From Podarcis gaigeae (Eukaryota): a stretch of 64,000 nt of DNA. Below the pieces are notes generated by a model. The model searched no databases, was not told where the DNA came from, and saw nothing but the letters and a program-made list of their open reading frames with translations. A program made the position numbers and the translations under genes. Shown here piece after piece: positions 28,701-40,700 of this stretch. Location of the stretch: the NCBI GenBank assembly GCA_964106915.2, contig OZ066921.1. One strand, given 5' to 3'. Every line of letters begins with the position of its first letter. Positions within the stretch are counted from its first letter, which is position 1.

Positions 28701-31700
28701 TTTCTCTCCACTACCTTCCTTGTGTGTCTTTTATCTTTTTAGTTTCTAAGCCAGATGGCAAGGCCTGATTTTTTTTAAAAAAGTTATCTTTGGCCGACAG
28801 TAATTGTGGGTCTGAAAAGTGAGCCCAAAATAACAGTAATAACATGATTTTTAAATAAAGTAAACAAACAATCACACAAGTAGTGATGTTTTATGTTTGG
28901 TGCCTCAATGCACAATATTTTTGTCTCATTGCTTATCCTCCTAGTACCCTCAGTACCCTCACCAGGAAACAGGCTCCAATCCCTTTCTGCATCAACAAAA
29001 AACAAATGAAGATATATATGACACATTTTCAGGCAGAGGTCATCCATAACAACTTACAAACAGTAAAAGCTTAAGTATAAATATCAGTATCACTATTGAG
29101 CAATATCACTATAGCTAAAAGCAATACACTGTTTTATTACACTGGCTAAGGCTCGGGGGGGGGGGGAGAAAAAAGGAGAAGACCATTTCATTTTCTACAG
29201 TCTACACAGTGGGTGGAAAGAGACAAGCTTTATATAGCCTTTCAATGAGATCCATATCCCAGCAAACAGGATGTGGTATTTTTAAACGACAAAGGAGTCC
29301 ACTTCTCTGAAAACAGTTTGCCATAAGCCTATTTAGCACAAAGAGTGTACAAAAAGAGGGCTGCTCTAATCCACAGTGGTCCTACTGAATTGTTTTTTGC
29401 TTCTTCCAAGCAAGGCAGCAACAAAGCATTTTAGCCATGTGCCTTCTCATCCACTAGCAGTGTTCGAAATTACCCGGCCTTTTGCAACTGAATGAAGATG
29501 TCCAGGAGCCACCCTTAGTGTCTAACATCTCCAACTGCCTAGGTGCAGTCAGCTGATCTGCTGGGCACAGCGGCAGCAAAGGATGCACGTCTTTTTCTGC
29601 ACAGCGCTACCCCCACCAAACACCAGATTTGCCCAGCAGTGCAACAGTCAAGTGTCTTTGCTGTGTCTTTATTTTGCTGTTCTGCAGCCAAGTGAATCAG
29701 GTGTTTGGCGGGGTAGAGCGGTAGCAAAATATGCATCTTTTGCTGCCATGCTACCATGCAACCCCGATTCTCCCTGCAGTTTTGGGGGGGTTTTGAGGGG
29801 CTGCCTGGTTCGGTAGCAGGGCAACAACAACAAAAAATGGCACCTAGACATTTTGTTTTGGCGCTCACAACCTAGGTCCCAATAGCCACATAACTCCTAG
29901 CATTCCTATCTCAGTATCTAACACTGTCTACTAAGATACACGGCCAAGCTAAGCTTTTTCTTTTCTAAAATATCAGCATAATTTTGTTCATACATCTTGA
30001 CTAGCCATATACCCCAAACCAGCAATAAATTTTAACAATGGAACAGATACCTATATATAGCCCTAAGATCTTGTTCAGTGGTCTAGGTGCAAATTTAAAA
30101 TTTATAGTCATCCACATCAGCAGTGGAAGGGCATGAGCAACCAAGCACCCAGAATGTTTCTAGCCCTGCCAAGTTAAAGTGAGTTAGTCTAAACACCAGC
30201 TCATGTTTTCTTCACAAGGGACACATAAATGAAGCTGCTAAAATGCCCACTTAATTTCTGTTTCTGATTGAACATGACAATTAAGCTGGCAAACATTTCT
30301 GGCATTGAAATTTGGATTGCGTTGAAGACAATGTTCTTTCCCCCCCCCCTTTTTTTAAAATATTTTTTATTGAATGATTCCATGCCACAAAAACAATACA
30401 ACCACACTACCACCAAATACAATCAAGATCTAAAAACCACATACATCAATATTTAGTTTGTTATCTGTTATTTACCGTCTTGTTTCCTCCCAAACATTCC
30501 ATACAAAAACACACATATGTGCAGACACACACCCACCCACACCAAAAATGATAATAATGAAAGTAAATATTTTCCCCCTTTTATCTTTCAAAATCTTTTC
30601 TTCAACTTTGACTTCCTGTGACAATATCATTTTCTTGGTCAAATAAAAACTTCTTCTGGCAAAGCATTAAATATTAGCATACTTTAAGATTATGAACTGC
30701 CTTTATTCCAACTGATTTAGTGAGTTCTTATACTTTTTGGGAATGTAAATGTGCTTCCAGTTTTAATTCTAATAAGATTTATGCTCCAGGTATGTAAAGT
30801 TTGAGCAATGCTGATCTAGTGAGTGGGACCTGCTCCTGTAGCCTTGAACTGCAATAAAGATTGCCCTATATTAATAATGAGAGCAAGCCACAATGGATTT
30901 TTCCTGGAGCCCAATAAAAGATTCCGTCAAATTTGCTTCCTAAAATGTCCATCACCATCATGGTATGCACAGCTGGGGATTTAGGTTATTCGAACTGTAA
31001 CACTCAAGGAAAAGGGGGACAAGAAGACAAAGCAGAGAGGCCATAAACAAATTTTAGTGCCCCCTCCCCAATTTTGTTTAAAAATGGTGGGATTTCCCTC
31101 AAGAAAAGCAAGGGCAAGAAAGAATGAAGCCAAATGTCCTCTACTGATTTTACATTGACTGAGATGCAACTTGGATGACTCTTCAAGCCCCAAAGCAATG
31201 CATGCTTACTGATCCTAGTAGCTTTACCAAAGTCACATAGCAATGGTCTCAAGAAGGAATCATGAACTCACATTGTTCCTCTAAAGCAGGGGTGGCCAAG
31301 TCCCCAGAGACTGCGATCTACTCACAGAATTAAAAACTGGCAGTGATCAAACCCCTTTTGGGGGGGCTCAGGTCAAAGTTGAGCTTTTTTTTAGGGAGGA
31401 CGTCTTCCGTTCTTCAGATTGTGCAACAATGGAGGGCAGGGCGAGGGGTCGGGGCTGGATTCACGATTGACCAAAACCTCCTGGGGATCTACAAGTAGAT
31501 CGTGATCAACCTGCTGGGACATCCCTGTTCTAAAGCATTATAGCTCACCAATGAGTTTTGCTGAAAAATGTGAGAGTGGGTGGCTTTTGTGCTGTTCCCT
31601 GATACAAAAACCCATTGATATGCCCACTTTTGCCTCTAATTCTACCCACCACTGGCATACATCCCCTAGGGAATGTGTCTCTCTGGATGAAAAAGGTTCC

Positions 31701-34700
31701 TCACCCCTGAACTGAAGCTTCAGTCTTCCTAACATTCCTCCACAGATTTTTTTTTCCTTCTAGCACCAGACCTTTTAGACTGTAAATGTGAATGCAGGGG
31801 GTGTCTTTTTTACAGATCTAGAAGCAGCTCTAGAAACCTTTTTGGGTGAAGAGCAGGATAAAAATGTTTCACATAACCCAGGATAGCTCAGTTGGTAGAG
31901 CATGGATATCTCAGGATAATGGGTTCAAGGTCCACATTGGGCAAAAGATTCCTGCATTGCAGGTGGTTGGATTAGAAAACCGTTGTGCTCCCTTCCAACC
32001 CTATGACTGTATGACCTACACATTCAAAATTAGAAACTGTCTTCTTTCCTTCTGATAAATAAAAATAACAGAAGTTGGCAGCATTCAACTGGAATCATAG
32101 TTCATCTTCCTTAATACAGATGGCTGAATCATTTTCTTTGAAATTTAGAATGTCTCATGCATTAGGTAAAGGAAAAGGTAAAGGTAAAGGGACTCCTGAC
32201 CATTAGGTCCAGTCGTGACCGACTCTGGGGTTGTGGCGCTCAACTCACTTTATTGGCCGAGGGAGCCGGCGTACAGCTTCCAGGTCATGTGGCCAGCATG
32301 ACTAAGCCGCTTCTGGCGAACCAGAGCAGCGCACGAAAGCCCGTTTACCTTCCCGCCAGAGCGGTACCTATTTATCTACTTGCACTTGGACGTGCTTTCG
32401 AACTGCTAGGTTGGCAGGAGCAGGGACCGAGCAACAGGAGCTCACCCCGTCGTGGGGATTCGAACCGCCGACCTTCTGATTGGGAAGTCCTAGGATCACT
32501 GGTTTAACCCAAAGCGCCACCCACATCCCTGTCCAAATAAACCCCCAACTAGAATAAAGAGGCATATTAATTTACACAAGATACAGCGGTACCTCCGTTT
32601 GCGGACAGGATCCATTCCGGAGGTCCAGTCGAATCCTGATGTTTCCGCAACCTGAGGACTGCTTCTGCGCATGGGGCGAAACCTGGTAAAATACTTCCAG
32701 GTTTGCCGCGCATGAATCCCGAAGTTTACGTAACCAGGGAGTTACGTAAACAGAGGTATGACTGTATTTTTGGCATACTTTTATGGGTTAGGGCACTTCT
32801 GGGGACAGGCTGGCAACCTTTATGCCCTATTACAAATAGGTAACATATTGGTAAATTTGTTGAAAAGGAAGAATACTTATCCCTTCCAGCAACAAGTAGC
32901 AGCTTGCTTGCTTGCTTGCTACTAAGTTCTCCACAGTGGAAGGCTGTGGTCCACTTCCTTCAAGATCACCCCAAAGATGCAGTCATTGAGCTGTTGCAGT
33001 TCATTAAGCCTACGTTAAATTAATCATAGTGACAAATTATCAAAAGGCAGATGTGTTCGTCTATTGTGGCATTGCAAAGACCAACAGAATCTATGTGGCA
33101 GAAGCTTTTGCGGGCCATGGCCCACTCCAGCAGATGTGTGAAATGTTATCCTCAGTTGGTAGATTGTTCATGAAAGCTTTTATTATTCCATTAGCCTTTA
33201 AGATGCCACCAGACTTTATTTTTAAAATTAATTAGTTTAAAAGCCAGCCTAAATCAAATATTTTAAAAATGAAAGTTTAATTAGAAGAGAGACTTTGACG
33301 CAAGCTACCCATGTCCAAGTGACTGACAAGGCACTTCCAACAAAAAGTCATTGTCCAAATTGCCCAAAAAAATTCAGCCAAGGCCACAAAGGAAGCAGAG
33401 CACAAGGTAATGCAATAACAGCTTGGCAACCGTCTGGTGGAAGTCCCAGAGGGACCCTTAGCTGAGACTTCATGTGGCCAGAAGCCACAGGATTCTAGAA
33501 AATCTCACACTGATGAATCTCTCAGCAAAGGCAACACTTGCCTTGCCTATGTCTAAAAGGGTTCACATTTCATTTAAGTGCCAAGAACAACCCAACTCAT
33601 TTGTTTGTGAGCACCTCACACTACTGCAACACTAATGAAGTAGTGGGTAAAGGCATGGTAGTCCCTTAGATGGCACAACAATAATCCCTTGTAAAAGCAG
33701 ATGGTGGGAGTAGATTGCCCATACTTTTAAAACTTTGACGCTTACTCTCATCTCAGTACCTTCTCAACACCCATTAACTACTATTAAGGCTGATTTCAGA
33801 CTTGAATGGGCTATTTAAAAAATAACTAGAATTTGGTTTTTAAACCTTACAAAATAATATTCAGGGTAAACACATTGAAATTAATGGACCGTTGTATTGG
33901 TGGTCTGCATGCAAAGAAAATACATTGTATGTGGGACTGCTTTTGAAAGTGTCCAGCAGCTGTAGCTTGTTCAAAACGTGGCAGCCAGGTAGCTGATTAA
34001 CCTCACTGTTGAAACTGCTGCACCAGCTCTCTTATTTGTTTCCAGGCTAACTGAAAAGGCTGGTTATGTGTGACCTTTAAAGTCTTCTGATTTATGAGCA
34101 AGATATCTGAAGGACCTCCTTCTTTCCATATGTGAGCCTGCCTGGCTCATTAAGATCATCGACAGAGGGACCCTCTTGTCTGCTCCAAGTCCACATTTCT
34201 TTGTTGTTGTGCCTAGACTCAGAACTCCCTGCCTAGGGAGCTCTCATCAGCCTTCTGCTGCTGCGTCAATACCTTTTCCCAAGGATGGGTCGTACAGCTT
34301 AGCATTATACTTGTACAAATCTATTCCACTGTTATTGCTGCTGTTTTTTAGAATCATAGAGTTGGAGGAGACCCCGAAGATCATCTAGCCCAACCCCCTG
34401 CAATGCAGGAATATGCAGCTGCCCTTTCAGGGATCAAACCTGCAACCGCAGCATAATTAGCACCACACTCCCAATTGAGCTATTCTAAGTGGTTCACTGT
34501 TAATGGTGTTTTTTGTTTGTGGCATTTTATTATTGTGTTAACTGCCTTAGACTGCACAAGGAAAGACAGACTATAAGATATACTTATATCCCACTGATTG
34601 CTCCCTACCATCTATTTACAGCAATAACTACTGTTTTAGAGACCTTGGAACTAGCTACTCTTCAAATATCCACAAATACTGGAAATTCCAAATGAAGTTC

Positions 34701-37700
34701 CTGTTCACCTTTTACTGGTCTCAAAACCCTACCAGATCATTTCATTTAAGCATAGACTGGTCTTTGCCTGCTTGGTACCCTCAGATGTTTGGACTACAAC
34801 TCCCATCAGCCCCAGCATTAGCACTGACACTCCTTTAGTAGGAGGAACAGAGTAGACTCATGCAAGCAAGAAGACTGAAGCTGAAAAGTGTCCCCAGCCC
34901 AGTTTTCACGGCTGTTACACTGAGCATAACTAATTATGCTTTTGCTTTTAGTAATGTCTTGCTCTGGCTTTCCTTTGCAAAGTCTTGCTATGAAACGAGA
35001 TTTTTCATACATTTGAGCTAGAGGGAGGAATTTTTTTCCTCGGTCAGCATTTTCATTGTACAAGTCCACCTGGATTGGCTCCCTCCTACTAAGAACTGCA
35101 ACATCTGTAACTGCTTTGAGATAAGCCATTTGCTTCATTTTTTAAAAAGTGAACAGAACTTTTAAAAAGAGCTGTTAGCAGGAATCCCAAAGGACTATGC
35201 TATGATAGTTCAGTTGGTAGAGCATGAGACAGGGTTAAAGCACCATGTTGGGCAAAAGATTCCTGCATTGCAAGCAGCTGGATTACATGAGCCCCATGAG
35301 CCCTTCCAAATCTACAATTCAATATTCTATTATGGTTAGAATATCAGGAGATACAACAACATGGATGCCAAGCAGCTCCCTCCCTCCTGTCCCCTAATAC
35401 TACCCCCTCACCAGTAAGATATACTTCTTGGCTTGACATTAGTTACATATATTTACTCTTACTGTGGTTTAAATATGAACCCCATGGGTTCAGCACACAG
35501 CAGTTGTCAGTCAGTGGAGCTGAAAGCATGCAAGTATAATATCTGGACTCCTTCCTTCAATCAACCCAGAGTCTTTGGCCAATGAGCAGCAGTCCTGATC
35601 AACATCATAGTGCAGATCCAAGACAACCCCAGCACGCTGAACTACAAAGAATAATCATGCAGGAACCAACAGGCAGCTGAAGTCTATTAAACTCTATTGG
35701 CAACCCACAGCATAATTGGAGAGCATGAATTGTGCAGAAAGAGACATACAAAGCAAGCTACTCTAGATGGCCCATCAAGCTAAACCAGTCACAGTGTTAC
35801 AGGGAAAGAGAGAAAACCCAAAGCCATTAGCATCTACCGTAATTCTGCTAAAAAGATAGAAGAGCTGGCCAGTACCAGAGCTGCTTTTTCAAAATGTTTT
35901 AGAAGCATTAGCTAGTGGCAGCCTGCATGTTAGCAGGTATAGACAGATATTCACATGTACTGTAGATCCAGGTGCACATATATAACCTGTTTTGAAATAT
36001 TAGCACTAGCTGTCAATTGGATTTAATCTGATCTTGTCAGAGAACATCTTCTCCCATACAAATCCACCAGTACATAAGATATTCTAATGAATTCCACTGC
36101 ACGAGGCTAACATCCACTAGAAGTAGGACCTCCCCTGTTGCAGACCCAATTTTGTGGATCCTCTGCCAAGAAAACACCACACAATATCTTCCCTGCTAAC
36201 TAACACTTTTGCTTCTACTGGCCTTTGATCACTATATGACTTTGCTCCTGTGCTGCCTTCATCTTGCTAATAGATTGCATGTTATGAGTTTCACTGTTAT
36301 CCTAGTTTGTGAACTGCTTTTCAAAATACAAATATTATTTAACTGTGTATAAATGTTTAATAAATTTAAGCCAACACAAGGGGGAAGCCTCTTGCTGAGT
36401 TCTGCTGAGCACAGGAACCACAAATTTGTCAAGTAAGTAGCAGGTATGTCTTAACAAGTGCTTGCATATCATGCCTGTCAGCTGCCATCTTACTGGAGAA
36501 ACTGTCAATATATCTAACTAACTCAGAAATGACCGATCTTGTCCTGTTCAACACCTCTGCACAGCACACTTTGTACAGAAGTCAGTGGATCCATCAATCA
36601 CTGAATAGCGCCCAAATAGTCATGACAACCTGCACCACACACTCAACAAAAGGTCCGTGCAACTGCATCCTTCAGCAAAAAAGGAGAGACATTAGTAGTC
36701 AATACTTTCACTTTGGAAGATACTTGGATTCTCAACTCATTCATTAGCTGGAATTGTGAGGATACACGATCATATCACTATATTCCTCAAACAAAAACCC
36801 TCAAATCCAAACAACCACACATATCATTAAGATTTGCTGTGAGTTATAAAATCCCTGTGCATAGACCTACTCAGTATTGCACTGTTCTGCCTGCTCAACC
36901 TTTGCAGGTTTCCTAATTGACTGCATTTTGAATTCCTTCTTCAAGAGTATGTGAAATTATTGTGGTCAGAATATCAATGTCATTAGTAAGCCAAAGGCAA
37001 CGGTAACATTAACATTTGACAGGTTTGTTGTTCTGACCACAATGGCAGTAATGTTGAAAGTTATGGCAGTAATGTTGAAAGCAACTATGCACTTGTTCAG
37101 TTTGCAACATGTATTACTTTTGCATCAGTTTGCAGTAATACATGATGAACTCCCCCCCCCCCCGTTGTCATTTATATAATCAAAGTTTGAGGATCATCTT
37201 GCATACCTCACATCTTAGCCATCAAGCAATTGTGCTCTCCTCTTTACTGTTGGTGGCTGCATGTTTATACATGAGAGCAATCTGTCTACAGTCAAGTATG
37301 CTCTCCACCATGCATCAAAGGTGAAAACATTCCCCCCCTCCCATTATTATAAGGTAGGTCTGGGAAAACTCCTGGTCTGAAATATTGCTGCTGCCAGTCA
37401 GTATGGACAAGACTGAGCTAGATCAAGGAGCTTCCTTTGTGACTTAACCTGCACATTTCCCAAAGGTACTCTCATTTGGAAACTTACTTAGATGGACACC
37501 AAAGTGCTTCTACAAATACAATACAGATGCTGGCATTTAATATATTCTCATTTGCCTTTTTTAAAAAAGATGTCTTTTGAAAGTCTTTAAGAGCAAAATA
37601 ATAGTGAAAAGGCCACAATGTCCATTTTGCATCTGGAGACAGCAGCACAACACAACTCAGCATATTGGGTTAGACATATTAATAGATCAAACAGTTCAAG

Positions 37701-40700
37701 AATTGCAAGCCAACACTCAAAAGTTTTTGACTGTGCACAGGCACACAAGGAATCGCCAGGGGGAAAAAAGGGAAAAAAAGCCCACCTTGTTTGTACCCGT
37801 TTTCCAGGTCCTGCATTCCACACTCTAATTCTAGCTGCCCTTTGCACCTACACTTTGAATTCGTTCTTCATGTATATGGGCAAACAGCATTATTCCACAC
37901 ATCATCATACTAGAGTCTATCCAAAGTCACAATGGGGCTTTGACATGATTTTCTTACTGTGCCAGCTGCAGGAAAAATGCTGAAAATAGACATGCCCTTG
38001 TATATAGTCTTCATAGACCTGAAAAAGGTTTTGACCTCGTCAGCCAAAAAGGACTCTTCACACTGCTCCACAAGATAGGATGCCCACCTAAGCTTCAGAA
38101 GAAGATTGTGTCCTTCCACAAGAACATGAGCAGCACCATCCAATATGACTGCTCACTCTCAGATGCCTTCCCTATAATAAGGCCTAAATTTTCATATTTT
38201 TCTTCCAACCAATGTTTACAGAAGATGAGCCCCCAAAACACACATTTGTCTGTAAATGCATGGGCTTATACCTGTACTATTAGAAATCTGTCAATTGACT
38301 GAGCATCACAGTATGGTTCAGATCATTGGTTTGGTTACACAGCTGCTAAACAGGGCCAGTGCAGGCTTACAGATATGGAGATAATCCAAACTAGCCCAGT
38401 AGTTGCCACATTCAAGCTTCTCAGTGAATATTCATTCCTTAATGGAAGGTTCAGCTGTGTCAATATTGGTTAATTGAAGACACAGATCAGTGAACAATAA
38501 ATTATAGCTCTGATGATGAGAAGCTAATGCAAAAGGGTAGAACAGTTTACAGCCTGGTTCCATTTATTCTCCCTAAGGCGAAAGGGCGCCAGGATGCAAT
38601 GCCACCCTGCAGAGTCACACACATACCCAAATAAATGTATTATGTCTCTTAACTTTATGAGAGAATCTCTCTTACTCTCTTTGGTGGAACTAAAGTTTAA
38701 CACACATACAGTACACAAATGCAACATTTCATGCCATCTTTAAGCTGGACTCCTTGCTCCCCTCATCCTACCTTCCAGAAATAGCTGATACAATTTTCTG
38801 CCTCCTGCCTCAGTGCTAACATAGAACTATGAACTGACTCAGAGAACAAAAGCAGCAGGACCTTTGCTCTCACACATATGAGGATTTCTCCACAAAGGAC
38901 ATTAACACAGCACAGGGCAGAATCAGAACACCCAGCAGTTATCCTACATGTAAATTAGGTGAGAATCTCCTCCCCATTCATCTCAGATAGCCTTTTCCTC
39001 CCTCTTTACATAATCACTACAAAATGAGTTATTTCCATATCATCTGGGCCCTTTTCAGCATTGCTTGTTTCCATTAAAATATTTTCTATAAAACAATATG
39101 TATTTAATTCTGAAAAGATCAGAAACTTTGGGTTTCACAAAAGTTGATACATAGACTTTAGGGACATCAAATACCAGGGAGATTTTTCTTTAAACTAAAA
39201 TGGAAACTTGCAAAGTATGCTCAACACCAGATCTGAGATAGGAGATACATATTTACTTGACACAAGACAGGCTAAGAATCTGCCAGCAAAAGCCTACCCA
39301 CTTAAGATCACCATGTGCCCAAAATTACTTGCTTCTTTGTTCTAGTTCAAATACAGTGGCACCTTGGGTTACAGACACTTCAGGTTACAGAACCCAGAAA
39401 TAGCACCTCGGGTTAAGAACTTTGCTTCAGGATGAGAACAAAAATCGTGCGGCAGCGGCATGGTGGCAGCAAGAGGCCCCATTAGCTAAAGGTTAAGAAC
39501 AGTTTCAGGTTAAGAACAGACCTCCAGAACAAATTAAGTTCTTAACCCGAGGTACCACTGTAAATGTTTTCATACCAGATCTAACCTAAGAAAGAGAATA
39601 AAGCATTGAGAAAACAGAGATCTACAAGAAATCCCTCAAGAAAGGTCTAGGCCTCTGCTCCACCTGCAAGGTCACAAAACAAAACTAATAGGCAAAACTA
39701 ACAATTTGAAACTAAGTCCCCCCTAGCCTTAATTCTGCAACTGTTGGAGTAGAAGAGTACAGAAGGCAATGGTGAGAAAGGCAGGGAGGAAGAATAGGGG
39801 GACGAGAAGGAAGCAGCAGAGAGGGTCACGGGGTTGGGTAGAGTCATCGGGTACCATGGAGGACATTAACTCCAATGTGAACCCGATGCCCAAGTGCAGG
39901 AGGTGGAGAAGCAGCTGGAGAAGCAGAGCAAGCAGCTCCACATCCACAGTGCCAGTGGAGCTCTAGGCGGCAGCCCTAAAAGGTTTCTTGGCTGACTTTG
40001 CTGCCATCCCCTGCCACCACCAGGAGCAACTGTCTGCTGCAGGGCTTGCCCAAACAAGGCCAGGCCCAAGCATCCTCTGTTGAGCGAAAACAGCACAACA
40101 GGAAGCAGCCTAGTGCCAGCAGACAATTCAACAGTAGAGGGAGTCAAGGAGAATACAAGCCTCCTGGATGAAGTGGAGCCACTGGAGGCTGAGGAGCTGG
40201 AGCAGCTGGCCAGGTGAGGAGATTCACCTGGCTCACAGTACCAAAAGGTATGCCTCTTTTGTGCTGTGTAAGCCAGGTGATCTATGGGACACTGCTACCC
40301 CACAGATTAGCTGATTTGTGCAGAAGGCCTGCTGCTCTGCAGACCAACTGATTGCTCATGCCAGCCAGCCAGATGGAGATGTTAGGCACCAAACCTGGCA
40401 CCGGGACATCTTCATTGCCTCGCAAAAGGCCAGCAGCCTGTCTTAAAATGCAACTAGCACCTAGCTAATTTTGAACGCTGCTTATACTTTCAACATTCTC
40501 ATTCTAGTTCTCCGGTGCTGTTGCTAAAACCGCAAATATCCTACTCACCAACTCCAAGCCACAATGTCAGGCAGGTGACAGCTACCATTTTTTAAACAGA
40601 TATCCCGTAGCATTTGCACATACAAAAATAGTGGCAATGTTGGCAGCTTAAGAGTTTTCTTATTAAGCCATGTAAATTCTTCTAAGGAAATCTATAAAAA

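Noticed and set aside
31875-31945. tRNA-like sequence (also at 35200, 43235, 61450, 32460)
   Set aside because: No complete cloverleaf; each continues into a SINE body and tail.
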